Source: a virus
Strand: one strand, 5' to 3'
DNA: 64,000 bases
IMG/VR virus record: IMGVR_UViG_2922401287_000007
Under the pieces are notes generated by a model. That model worked only from the letters and a program-made list of their open reading frames with translations. It had not been told where the DNA came from and ran no database searches. Positions 10,785 to 20,955 of the stretch are shown here, piece after piece. How positions within the stretch are numbered: the first letter of the stretch is position 1; every line of letters begins with the position of its first letter. The translations under genes were made by a program, and so were the position numbers.

Positions 10785-10912
10785 AACTAATTTGGCGTGG
10801 CTCTTGGAGAGGTGTGCACTCGTCGGGAGCGTATGGAACTGAGGAAACACGCGGGCGGAGCAACCTTAGGAAATCCTTCCAGCACCCGCATCCCCCTTGC
10901 GACGCTTGCCGC

Positions 10913-11104
10913 TCAGTTTGAATATTTCCGGAGGCGGAAGATGGCGATGGTTTCGGCGCCGACCTTAACTGTCTTCAGCAACGATCCGACGAACTGCTTA
11001 TTTCCTCGGATGCGCACAAGCCGCCACCCCTGACCGGTCTTTATCCGCTTGCCCCGGGTTCCCCGTTCGCCGTAGACCGAAACGTGCGTTTTCTTAACTG
11101 CCAT
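10913..11104 (-). CDS. Small basic hypothetical protein (63 aa)
   Basis: GGAGAGG RBS; MAVKKTHVSVYGERG... Confidence 0.6.
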   Translation of the reverse strand: MAVKKTHVSVYGERGTRGKRIKTGQGWRLVRIRGNKQFVGSLLKTVKVGAETIAIFRLRKYSN

Positions 11105-11370
11105 TTTACCTCTCCATTGCAAAGCTTTCGTCGTCTGGAATTAGCGTGGCCGCTGCGTCCGTAGTCTTCCGAAAGGGATCGCCCGATCAAGGGTTCGTGG
11201 TGAAAGATGCGGTTTCTCAAATCTTGAACCGCGTTAACGGCGGCGCTGACATCGCGAATCGAACCGTTCAAGTGGGGAACGGCACTCCCTACTTCGTGGT
11301 CCCAGATCGGCTCGTTGTACTCCCGCTTGAGCATTGCTTCCGGTACTGGCCGAATTAGGCCACTCGCCAT
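11041..11370 (-). pseudogene. C-terminal fragment of an Abi-like (Abi_2) HEPN protein
   Basis: LRNRIFHHEPL motif; N-terminal part missing. Confidence 0.55.
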
Positions 11371-11388
11371 TTCAAAACAGGCCAGCCT

Positions 11389-11772
11389 TCATTCGGAAGT
11401 TGGAGGCGAGTCAGTTTTATCTCGGCCGCTTTTGCCCACAGCAATGCCAGCGGTGAACAAGAACCCATTTCCTATCCAAGTTAGAGCTGTTGTGAGCCAC
11501 GGAGCATCCTTTCCGGAATACAATCCGGCAACTCCAAACAGACACAAAGCCACAGCCGTTAAGAGCAGACAAACAGAAAGCACTAGGGCTGCGGCATGAC
11601 CTTTGTCATTCGTGCCGTACCGGAGAAAGCGACAATCGAAATGAAGGATACGGCTTTCCGCTACGCCGCGCGTCCAGTCTGGTTGAGTGAGGGTGTATTC
11701 ATCCGGAATCGTGGAAGCAACGGGCGGGGCCGGAGGCGGAGGAGGGAGTGACGGCCTCTCCTCCTCGCTCAT
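11389..11772 (-). CDS. Two-TM membrane protein; candidate toxin partner of the Panacea protein
   Basis: Two hydrophobic helices; start overlaps the upstream stop (ATGA). Confidence 0.65.
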   Translation of the reverse strand: MSEEERPSLPPPPPAPPVASTIPDEYTLTQPDWTRGVAESRILHFDCRFLRYGTNDKGHAAALVLSVCLLLTAVALCLFGVAGLYSGKDAPWLTTALTWIGNGFLFTAGIAVGKSGRDKTDSPPTSE

Positions 11773-12290
11773 TGCGGAAGCTTCGCCTTAAACGTTGCAG
11801 CAATCAGTTCATTTGGAATGACGGGCTTGCTGTCGAGATTGCCGTACTGCTCTTTGACAATCGTCCACGGCTCTCCCGGCGCGTGTGTCGCGTTCGACAA
11901 TTGGACGCCGCTCAAATGCTTGTGCGTATTCCAAACTGACTTCAGATATTCATAGATTTGCGGCGGGACTTCTTTGGGCGTCCTAATCCGGAATTGAGGA
12001 AACTGACCTCCGTCTGTACGGACAAACTCGGTCGCTCGCTTCCCAACAATCGGCTGCCGGCCAGCGTCACGAAACTCACCATAGATCGAGGGCACGACCG
12101 GTCCCCATGGCCAAGCGTAAACTTCCTCATCGAACAGCGCGCCGTTACCGTGCGCGAGAAACCACGCATGCGCGTAGAACAGAAGCTTTTGAAGCTTCAT
12201 CTGGTCGATGCGGGGAAAGGACGAAGTGTCCTGCTCCTGAATATCCAGAAATGCATTGGCTACGGCGGCTGCTGATGTAGGGGCCGGCAT
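11769..12290 (-). CDS. Panacea-domain (DUF4065/SocA-like) antitoxin
   Basis: MKLQKLLFYAHAW and EAW-like YAWPWGPVVPSIY motifs; GGAGGA RBS. Confidence 0.85.
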   Translation of the reverse strand: MPAPTSAAAVANAFLDIQEQDTSSFPRIDQMKLQKLLFYAHAWFLAHGNGALFDEEVYAWPWGPVVPSIYGEFRDAGRQPIVGKRATEFVRTDGGQFPQFRIRTPKEVPPQIYEYLKSVWNTHKHLSGVQLSNATHAPGEPWTIVKEQYGNLDSKPVIPNELIAATFKAKLPQ

Positions 12291-12327
12291 AGAATCCTCC
12301 GTAGGGCGCGGAAACGCCCTACAAAAG

Positions 12328-12356
12328 AATCTAAGAATTAACTTCGCGTTTGTCAA
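12328..12356 (-). promoter_or_regulatory. Sigma70-type promoter for the Panacea operon
   Basis: Minus strand TTGACA-17 nt-TAGATT; palindrome AAGTATC-T-GATACTT (12355-12369) abuts the -35. Confidence 0.7.
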
Positions 12357-12399
12357 GTATCTGATACTTAAGGAAGAATCTATTTGCGCCACCCTCGAC

Positions 12400-13260
12400 T
12401 ACTACAAACTTGCGACGGCGGTCAGGAGGGGTCTCAGAGGGCTGCGCTGGAGCCACAGAGAGCGCTGCGTCTACAAGCTGCGCAAATGGTCCAAGCCTTA
12501 TAAGCCACGCCCAGCGCCTTCGCTGGCGTCGTGCGGAGGGCTTCATGGGTGCGGCACAGATTGTAGTGCGCGACGTACAGCGCGACGGCTGCAACGTGGT
12601 TGTCCAGCTTCTTGCTAAAGCCATTCGTCTGCCGGGTGAACCGGGCGCGACGCCATGCGCAGCGAAAGGTTCTGCCGCTCAACATAGCTGGTTGAGACGT
12701 ACTGATCCGGATCGCCGGTTACTACCTCACGGCTTACAGCCACTACCTGATCCGGGGAGTTGCGGCCCTGCGCTTCCTTTACGAGGTGCGTTACCGAGTA
12801 GATCTTTACGATCACGCCATGGGACGCGCTGTCGCCGAATGCATCGCGGATTGCCATGCGGTAGGGATGGAAGCCGTCCGTGCCAATCTCGGGCTGGCCG
12901 ATCACGCGAGCGCGCAGATCCATGCAGGAAGTCCATCGTGCTTTCGGTGTTGCGCTAACCGACGCCCCAGCTAATGATTGCCTTCTGCGTTCCGGCCATG
13001 CCGATGAACACGTACTGATCGCCCTTGGCGTTGATCTCGTGACGCTGGACGTTCTTCTGCTTCTTGCCAACGAAGCTCCACAGCTCGTCCAATTCCAAAC
13101 GTTCGGTGCGGATGCCGGCCATGATCCGGTCGTGCAATTCCATGCAGCCAAAGCCCAACTCGCAGGGCCAGGTTCAACAGTGCCCCGGTTGACGCCAGTC
13201 AGGCGGGAAGCGGTGCGGATGCCGACGCCAAGCGTATATTACCCAGAACGGTTGTCGCTG
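12400..13260 (-). pseudogene. Degenerate IS1-family transposase
   Basis: LELDELWSFVGKK, TDG, STSYVERQNLSLRM and FSKKLDNH motifs; TAG at ~12955 and frameshifts. Confidence 0.85.
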
Positions 13261-13323
13261 CGGGCTCATCCCCGGGGCGGTGATCGGGGGTCGTTACCGC
13301 GTCAACGGCGACGGCCCCGCTAG

Positions 13324-14657
13324 CCCGTCTTATTCGTCAGAGGGCGCCTGAGAGGCTGGCGAGCGTGGTGTAAAGCGCTGATGCGGCGTAGGATTCGGTT
13401 GCAAAGCCAACCCCATCACCTTCAGCCGCGAACACCACGCCCGCCATGACCGATGATACGATTCCGCCCTTCTCGTTTCCAGCCGTTCACGCCAAGAAAG
13501 TCACAGCTGCCTTCGATGGCGGTCGGCTGACCTCGAACGGGGGCGTGATGCTTCTGGCGATGGCCGAGCGGCGTCTCGGCTTGGCCGACAATTTGGCCCG
13601 GGTGTTCCCGGATCGGCGCGATCCGACGCGGGTCGTGCACAGCCTTGTCGATATGTTCCGCGCGCGCATGTTCGCGATCTGCTGCGGCTACGAGGACGCC
13701 GACGACCTCGATCATCTGCGGTCCGATCCCGCATTCAAGCTGGCCTGCGGACGGCTGCCGGACACGGGTCGCGATCTGTGTTCCCAACCGACGCTGTCGC
13801 GGCTGGAGAATGCTCCGCGCCTGCGCGACGTGATCCGACTGACCTACACTTTGGTCGACGCATGGATGGATAGCTACCCGCGCGAGCCGGCATCCGTCAC
13901 GCTCGACATCGATGATACCTGCGATGTCGTCCACGGCCATCAGCAGCTCTCGCTGTTCAACGCTCATTATGACGAACGCTGCTTCCTGCCGATCCACGTC
14001 TACGACACGGAGAAGAGCCGGCCCGTGGCGGTCGTGCTGCGGCCCGGCAAGACGCCGGGCGGCGTCGAGGTGCGTGCCCATCTGCGCCGCCTGATACGGC
14101 ATATCCGGACGCGGTGGCACAACACGCGAATTACGTTCCGTGGCGACGGGCACTATGCCCGGCCGGAGGCAATGGCGTGGTGCGAGACCAACGGCATCGA
14201 CTACATCTTCGGTCTGTCCGGCACCAAGCCGCTCGCCAGAAAACTCGACGAGGCCGCCGACGACATCCGCACGCGACGCGCCATCGAGAACCTGCCGGTT
14301 CTGCGTGGCTATACCGAGACGCGCCACAAGGCCAAGTCCTGGGATCGCGAACGGCGTACCGTCGCCCGTATTGAGGCGACGATGCTCGGCCTCGACATCC
14401 GTTTCGTCGTCACCAGCCTCGATGTCGGCTCGGCCGAGTGGATCTACGACAGCCTGTATTGCGCGCGCGGCCAAGCCGAGAATCTGATCAAGCTGCATAA
14501 GACACAGCTCGCCTCCGATCGCACCAGCTGCCGTTCGGCGCTCGCCAATCAAGTCCGCCTCGTTCTCCACACCGCCGCTTATTGGCTGATGCTGACCGTG
14601 CGCGACGCGATTCCCAAAGCCCGGGAATTGGCCACAGCCGAGTTCGCGACGCTGCGC
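13324..14657 (+). mobile_element. IS1380-family element, 3'-truncated (copy 1)
   Basis: Left end CCCGTCTTATTC after GCTAG, shared with copy 2; transposase breaks off after EFATLR. Confidence 0.9.
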
Positions 14658-14747
14658 TGGTTCCGGTCCTTCGTGCCCGGGGGCCCAGGCCGTCGGCGTG
14701 AGCCGCTCCAGCCTGAGCTATCCGCCCATGGCGACATCAGCCCCTGA
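13446..14747 (+). pseudogene. IS1380-family transposase with foreign C-terminus
   Basis: AAFDGGRLTS, LDIDDT, FRGDGHY and YCARGQAENLIK motifs. Confidence 0.85.
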
Positions 14748-17700
14748 GTCGGTTCTGCAGTGCCTGCCGATTGGCAACGAGGTTGCTGAGGTTCAGCAGG
14801 TCTGGTTCCCGTCCTTGCTCCAATTGCCTAACCAGCGCCCGCGTGCCGTCCACCACGAAGACGCCGCAATCATACCCGTTCCGCTGCTGGGCCATGCGGG
14901 CTGGCTCCAGGCGGAGGTCCAGCCGACCTGCGAGATGTTCTGCATCCTTGTTGTTGAGTCCGCCGTAGGAATCGTAGTGATAGGCGACCGGCCGGCCCCG
15001 GTCGCTGCGATCAACGAACAGCAGCGACCAATGGTTGCCGAGGCTATTAGGATCTTCAGGATCGGTATTAATCACGGGCAGGAACAGGAAGTCGGCTGCA
15101 TCATTACCATTATCATCATCGACGATGCGCTGGAATTCGGTTCGCACGAAGCCATCGTCGTTAGAGCGCAGATAATTTAGGACGATGAGGGGATTCACGA
15201 ACCGCGTCCGGGCGGCGAGATCCGGATGGTTCCTCTGCAAATCCTGCTCCTGGAGCCGGTAATCCCTGTCGATATGCTCGTCGCCCAGCCATTCCGTGTC
15301 CTCGAGCACCAGCCCGCGGCCGTGGGACGAGGCTGTCGGACCTAAAGCCCCGATCTGAGCATCAGCGGAGGTGCTCGGAAACGGCCGTACAGAATTAGCA
15401 TCGTCGCGTGATTCGGACGGCGTGGCCGCAGTCAGATCAACCAATGGAAAACCACGGTAGGTGTCTGAGCGAGCCCTGGCAGCGGGCGCCGGCTCAAAGT
15501 GAGCATCGTCGCGCAACTCGGTCGGCGTGGGCGCATCCAGATCAACAAAAGACTCAAGACCGCCGTAGGTGTCTGACGGAGCCCTGCTGGTTGATGGTGA
15601 GGCCGGCTCTTGCATCTGCCGCCGCGCCAGCTCCTCGCGCAACCACGCCAAAGCTTCATCATCCGAGAAGGCTGGCGCCGGAGAAAGCCCCTGCGGCGAG
15701 CCGGGCTGTCGAACGCCCTGGTGATGGCCCGGTACTGGCCCGGCAAACGGCGGCGGAAAGTCAGGCGCCGGGCTCCAAGCATTGTCACGCAACTCGAACG
15801 GTGCGGGCGGATTCGGATGAACCGCTGCCTCAAGACCGCCTTCGATGTCTGACCAATCAAAGTTGAGCGGCATCTGCGGCGACCAGGTCGAGGTGGACCT
15901 GGCAGGTTCCTGCTCTCCAGCTTGGACTATCTCCTGCGCCTGCTCAGGGGGAACCCCGGGCCGCGGTGGGACATCTCCCACCATCAAACGCAGATCGTGA
16001 TCGTAACCTTCCGGGAGGACCAATGGCTGACTGACAGCTCCCTGCGGCGCGCTGTGCTGCGCAGCGGCGCCGCCGACGTACGTCGCGACCGCATGCGGCG
16101 CCGTGGCATCTTCGTGCCCGCTCGCCTGCATCATCGGCTGCGCCTGCCATGGCGATGCCCCCTGTTGATGGGTGGGGGCCACCGACGTCAGCAGGCGACC
16201 GCCTGAATTGGCGATCTCGCTCAGTTGCCGCTTTCGGAGATCAGCCAGTGCGGCACCGATAGTCGGAGTACCCCCGGCGTCCTTCCTATAGCGCTTAACA
16301 TCTTCATCCAACGTGTTGCCGGAAAGCCGAGCAGCAATGCCCGGCTTGCTGCTTTTACGCAGGTAGTCACTGAAACTGCGTAGAGAAACTGCATACGTCT
16401 TGCTGGTCCCTGTCGCTGCTTCGTTTTTGTACTCTTCGATGAGAGCCACGTCCTGGGGGTGAGGACTTAGCTCAGCGCGGCCTGTGATCAGCACGACTCC
16501 GCCCGTCGACTGGAAGGTCCGGAGATGGTCTATTGCCGGACGGAGTGCCCTGTTATGACCCTTTTCGATGGCCTCGCGCGCATCATCGGTCAGCGACTGG
16601 TCGTCGAGCCGAGCAGCAATCGGATCTTTGTTATTTGCGAAGAGCCAGCGGCCGAAGCTGCGAAGAGAATATACATAGGCGTAGGCGGTGTGGTTGGCGG
16701 CGTTGCCATTGCGGAGGACCTTCTCAAGCCCCGAAATAAGGCGAGCGTCCTCGGAATAAAGAGGCTGCTTGCTGTGCCCTTTCAAAACCCCAGCTGACTG
16801 AGCCGGCTGCAGCGCCGAGGCGGCCGGCATTGCTCCACCACCTCCGCCTGAATTGGCGATCTCGCTCAGCTGCCGCTCGCTGGCAAGGCCGTGCAGATTG
16901 TCTAGGGTCCTCGGCCTCTTCGCTGGCCTCAACTCAGCTGTGTCATGCTCATCGTTGATGAGGACCTCCTCGCTTGGCAGGAGGCTGCTCCTGGCAAGTG
17001 CACCCATCGGCTCGTCCAGGAACTGCTGGCGGTCGTAGTCCCAGTTCAAGGGACGAATGGTCTCTCCGGGATCCAATGACTGGTCATGGCGCGCGGCTGG
17101 CTCGAGAGATGACGACGGGCCGGGTTCGTCCATCAGCCCCAAAAGCAAATCCTGATCGTGGCCTTCTGCAGGAAGCAGCTCCTTTGGCCAACTGCCCGCG
17201 TCCTGCGACGCGCTGTGCTGCGCAGCGGCGCCGCCGACGGGCATCGGCTCCATCAGTGCCGCGTCTTCGGGATCAGGAACGGGGGAAATATGGCGCTCGC
17301 GCTCCATCGCTTTAGCGCCGGCCTGCGATTTTCGGAGACGAGCCAGTGCGGCACCGATATTCGGATTACCCCCGGCGTCCTTCCTATAGCGCTTAACATC
17401 TTCATCCAACGTGTTGCCGGAAAGCCGAGCAGCAATGCCCTTCTTGTTGTTTTCACGCAGGTAGTCACTGAAACTGCGAAGAACACTTGCATACATCCTG
17501 CCGGTCCCTGTCGCTGCTTCGTTTTTGTACTCTTCGATGAGAGCCACGTCCTGGGGGGGAGGATTTAGCTCAGCGCGGCCTGTGATCGGCCCGACTCCGC
17601 CCGTCGACTGGAAGGTCCGGAGACGGTCTATTGCCGGACGGAGTCTCTTGCTATGACCCTTTTCGATGGCCTCGCGCGCATCATCGGTCAGCGACTGGTC

Positions 17701-19167
17701 GTCGAGCCGAGCAGCAATCGGATCTTTGTTATTTGCGAAGAGCCAGCGGCCGAAGCTGCTAAGAGAATATACATAGCCGTAGGCGGTTTGGTTGGCGGCG
17801 TTGCCCTTGATGAGGGCCTCCTCAAGCCCCGAAATAAGGCGAGCGTCCTCGGAATAAAGAGGCTGCTTGCTGTGCCCTTTCAAAACCCCAGCTGACTGAG
17901 CCGGCTGCAGCGCCGAGGCGGCCGGCATTGCTCCACCACCTCCACCTGAATTGGCGATCTCGCTCAGCTGCCGCTCGCTGGCAAGGCCGTGCAGATTGTC
18001 TAGGGGCCTCGGCCTCTTCGCTGGCCTCAACTCAGCTGTGTCATGCTCATCGTTGATGAGGACCTCCTCGCTTGGCAGGAGGTTGCTCCTGGCAAGTGCA
18101 GCCATCGACTCGTCCGGGAACTGCTGGCGGTCGTAGCCCCAGTTCAAGGGACGAATGGACTCTCCGGGATCCGATGACTGGTCATGGCGCGCGGCTGGCT
18201 CGAGAGATGACGACGGGCCGGGTTCGTCCATCAGCTCCCAAAGCAAATCCTGATCGTAACCTTCCGGGAGGACCAATGGCTGACTGACAGCTCCCTGCGG
18301 CGCGCTGTGCTGCGCAGCGGCGTCGCCGACGCGCCACGGCTCCATCAGTGCCGCGTCTTCGAGATCAGGAACTGGGGAAATATAGCGCTCGAACTCCATC
18401 GCTTTAGCGCCGGCCTGCGATTTTCGGAGATCAGCCAGTGCGGCACCGATATTCCGATTACCCCCGGCGTCCTTCCTATAGCGCTTAACATCTTCATCCA
18501 ACGTGTTGCCGGAAAGCCGAGCAGCAATGCCCGGCTTGCTGCTTTTACGCAGGTAGTCACTGAAACTGCGTAGAGAAACTGCATACTGCCTGCCGGTCCC
18601 TGTCGCTGCTTCGTTTTTGTACTCTTCGATGAGAGCCACGTCCTGGGGGTGAGGATTTAGCTCAGCGCGGCCTGTGATCGGCCCGACTCCGCCCGTCGAC
18701 TGGAAGGTCCGGAGATGGTCTATTGCCGGACGGAGGTTCCTGTTATGACCCTTTTCGATGGCCTCGCGCGCATCATCGGTCAGCGACTGGTCGTCGAGCC
18801 GAGCAGCAATCGGATCTTTGTTATTTGCGAAGAGCCAGCGGCCGAAGCGGCGAAGAGAATATATATAGCCGTGGGCGGTGGGATTGGCGACATTGCCCTT
18901 GATGAGGACCTTCTCAAGCCCCGAAATAAGGCGAGCGTCCTCGGAATAAAGAGGCTGCTTGCTCCACCCTTTCAAAACCCCAGCTGACTGAGCCGGCTGC
19001 AGCGCCGAGGCGGCCGGCATTGCTCCACCACCTCCACCTGAATTGGCGATCTCGCTCAGCTGCCGCTCAACGGTCGCCGCTTCTGCGGACGGCGCCGCGG
19101 GTGAACTCTCTTGCGGGCCCGTGCTGTCCGGCTGTTCACGCACCCACTTGATCGAGGGGAAATCCAT
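14737..19167 (-). CDS. Putative type III effector: tandem-repeat protein with C-terminal C48 (Ulp1/SUMO) protease, NopD/Bel2-5/XopD-like
   Basis: WLGDEHI, NHWSLL, YHYDS and QQRNGYDCGVFV catalytic motifs; NLS-like PAKRPR twice; EAR-like LDLRL. Confidence 0.88.
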   Translation of the reverse strand: MDFPSIKWVREQPDSTGPQESSPAAPSAEAATVERQLSEIANSGGGGGAMPAASALQPAQSAGVLKGWSKQPLYSEDARLISGLEKVLIKGNVANPTAHGYIYSLRRFGRWLFANNKDPIAARLDDQSLTDDAREAIEKGHNRNLRPAIDHLRTFQSTGGVGPITGRAELNPHPQDVALIEEYKNEAATGTGRQYAVSLRSFSDYLRKSSKPGIAARLSGNTLDEDVKRYRKDAGGNRNIGAALADLRKSQAGAKAMEFERYISPVPDLEDAALMEPWRVGDAAAQHSAPQGAVSQPLVLPEGYDQDLLWELMDEPGPSSSLEPAARHDQSSDPGESIRPLNWGYDRQQFPDESMAALARSNLLPSEEVLINDEHDTAELRPAKRPRPLDNLHGLASERQLSEIANSGGGGGAMPAASALQPAQSAGVLKGHSKQPLYSEDARLISGLEEALIKGNAANQTAYGYVYSLSSFGRWLFANNKDPIAARLDDQSLTDDAREAIEKGHSKRLRPAIDRLRTFQSTGGVGPITGRAELNPPPQDVALIEEYKNEAATGTGRMYASVLRSFSDYLRENNKKGIAARLSGNTLDEDVKRYRKDAGGNPNIGAALARLRKSQAGAKAMERERHISPVPDPEDAALMEPMPVGGAAAQHSASQDAGSWPKELLPAEGHDQDLLLGLMDEPGPSSSLEPAARHDQSLDPGETIRPLNWDYDRQQFLDEPMGALARSSLLPSEEVLINDEHDTAELRPAKRPRTLDNLHGLASERQLSEIANSGGGGGAMPAASALQPAQSAGVLKGHSKQPLYSEDARLISGLEKVLRNGNAANHTAYAYVYSLRSFGRWLFANNKDPIAARLDDQSLTDDAREAIEKGHNRALRPAIDHLRTFQSTGGVVLITGRAELSPHPQDVALIEEYKNEAATGTSKTYAVSLRSFSDYLRKSSKPGIAARLSGNTLDEDVKRYRKDAGGTPTIGAALADLRKRQLSEIANSGGRLLTSVAPTHQQGASPWQAQPMMQASGHEDATAPHAVATYVGGAAAQHSAPQGAVSQPLVLPEGYDHDLRLMVGDVPPRPGVPPEQAQEIVQAGEQEPARSTSTWSPQMPLNFDWSDIEGGLEAAVHPNPPAPFELRDNAWSPAPDFPPPFAGPVPGHHQGVRQPGSPQGLSPAPAFSDDEALAWLREELARRQMQEPASPSTSRAPSDTYGGLESFVDLDAPTPTELRDDAHFEPAPAARARSDTYRGFPLVDLTAATPSESRDDANSVRPFPSTSADAQIGALGPTASSHGRGLVLEDTEWLGDEHIDRDYRLQEQDLQRNHPDLAARTRFVNPLIVLNYLRSNDDGFVRTEFQRIVDDDNGNDAADFLFLPVINTDPEDPNSLGNHWSLLFVDRSDRGRPVAYHYDSYGGLNNKDAEHLAGRLDLRLEPARMAQQRNGYDCGVFVVDGTRALVRQLEQGREPDLLNLSNLVANRQALQNRLRG
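16203..19070 (-). repeat. Intragenic tandem repeats of the effector (two full ~1.09-kb units plus a 645-nt partial unit)
   Basis: CTGAATTGGCGATCTCGCTCAG anchor at 19038, 17946, 16848 and 16203. Confidence 0.95.
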
Positions 19168-19605
19168 CTTCTCCCTTTCAAATTATGAACCTGGCCTTCG
19201 ATCTGACATGCTGGGAATCAGCAACAAACCACCCTTTACAGCCCTCGACAGGCACGCACCGTGAGCATCGGCAGCCGATGTTTTTCCAAGGCGACCCGCG
19301 TTGCAAAGTACGGGTCGTCAGGCGGTGAAAAGCCGAAGGCAATCCCGCGCGCCTCGTCAGAGCAGATGTGCGGCCACATCAATCGGACTAAAAAAACGCA
19401 CTCTCACGAATAGGACGGGTTAGCGAGACTGACCACCTTGCCCCCCCCCGAGAGGCTCAATCCTCAAGGGTGCGAGCAAGGAGTATCGCGGAAAAGGACT
19501 GCACCGCACCTACCTGGATTGGTGGCAGCCGAATCCCACCATTGGTCTATGCTGGTCCTTCAGGACTTGCAGATTTAGGAGAGATTAGGAGAGACGAGAG
19601 GCTAG

Positions 19606-20099
19606 CCCGTCTTATTCGTCAGAGGGCGCCTGAGAGGCTGGCGAGCGTGGTGTAAAGCGCTGATGCGGCGTAGGATTCGGTTGCAAAGCCAACCCCATCA
19701 CCTTCAGCCGCGAACACCACGCCCGCCATGACCGATGATACGATTCCGCCCTTCTCGTTTCCAGCCGTTCACGCCAGGAAAGTCACAGCTGCCTTCGATG
19801 GTGGGCGGCTAACCTCGAACGGGGGCGTGATGCTTCTGGCGATGGCCGAGCGGCGTCTCGGCTTGGCCGACAATTTGGCCCGGGTGTTCCCGGATGGCGC
19901 GATCCGACGCGGGTCGTGCACAGCCTGATCGATATGTTCCGCGCGCGCATGTTCGCGATCTGCTGCGGCTACGAGGACGCCGACGACCTCGATCATCTGC
20001 GGTCCGATCCCGCATTCAAGCTGGCCTGCGGACGGCTGCCGGACACGGGTCGCGATCTGTGTTCCCAACCGACGCTGTCGCGGCTGGAGAATGCTCCGC
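19606..20099 (+). mobile_element. IS1380-family fragment (copy 2, 5' part only)
   Basis: Near-identical to copy 1; 1-nt deletion near 19894; identity stops at 20099. Confidence 0.9.
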
Positions 20100-20199
20100 T
20101 TTTGGCCCATCTCCTCGGAAAGGGTGATCGCAGGCATTCCCCCATCATCTTCCGGACCCGGAAGGCTCCACCAGAACGATCTGCGCTCTGAACACGGGA

Positions 20200-20554
20200 A
20201 ATCTTGGCCGTAGTCGCGGTCCTCGCCCTGCAGCTGCACCACCTCGACGCGGTCAGGATGCTCGGAGATGCCCTTGCGAAAAATCTCCTCCTGCTCCTCT
20301 GGCCTGATCATCCTGCTCACCGTCCACGCCTCACCGAGGTAGACGTACCGGATCACATCTTTGAAGTCGAAGAAGACGCGGATCATGGCCGCCGCCATGT
20401 CTTTTCCGAGATAGAGTGGATGCGGCTCGATGAGGGTCTCGCCATCGGATGTAATCGCGTGCCACATCGGCGCGATCTCGGCGCGCCTGGCGAAGTGGGC
20501 CTCGCAAAACTGCGAGGCCCGGTCGAACATTATACGCAACTCTTTTTCGCTCAT
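20200..20554 (-). pseudogene. Phage hypothetical protein, 3'-truncated
   Basis: MSEKELRIMFDRASQF...RDYGQ, then unrelated and IS-antisense sequence. Confidence 0.6.
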
Positions 20555-20955
20555 GCTTCGACTCCGTAGGCGGTGCCAACCGTGCGCGCCAAGGCGATCA
20601 CGGCGCGGCGGTGCGTCTGATCGAGCCGCAGCATCGCCTCGTTGATCTCGACGCCATCCTTGGTTGCCAAGAAGCCCGCGAGCTTCGTCACCGTCGGCGG
20701 CTTTTTGCTGCCGACCAGATCGCCCATGAAGAACGACACGTCGCTTTCGAGCACCGTGGCGATCTGCTGCAGGCGTCCCGTGCTGACGCGGTTGACGCCC
20801 TTCTCGTATTTCTGGACCTGCTGAAAACTGACGCCCAGCTTATCGGCCAGCTCGGATTGGCTGATATGCAATTCCAGTCTGCGTTGCCGCAGCCGGTTGC
20901 CGATGATCTTGTCGATCCCGGTGACCGTGCGCGGGTGGGTTTTGCGTGCTGGCAT
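20551..20955 (-). CDS. XRE-family HTH transcriptional regulator
   Basis: IGNRLRQRRLELHISQSELADKLGVSFQQVQKYEKGVNRVS. Confidence 0.9.
   Translation of the reverse strand: MPARKTHPRTVTGIDKIIGNRLRQRRLELHISQSELADKLGVSFQQVQKYEKGVNRVSTGRLQQIATVLESDVSFFMGDLVGSKKPPTVTKLAGFLATKDGVEINEAMLRLDQTHRRAVIALARTVGTAYGVEA

Noticed and set aside
16203-19070. Effector repeats as a DGR template/variable pair
   Set aside because: No reverse transcriptase in the window, differences are not adenine-specific, and all units are in one ORF
19315-19345. tts-box-like TCGTCAG-N9-AG upstream of the effector
   Set aside because: It is on the plus strand, pointing away from the effector, and lacks the distal conserved bases; minus-strand GTCAG candidates at 19203 and 19429 have the wrong spacing
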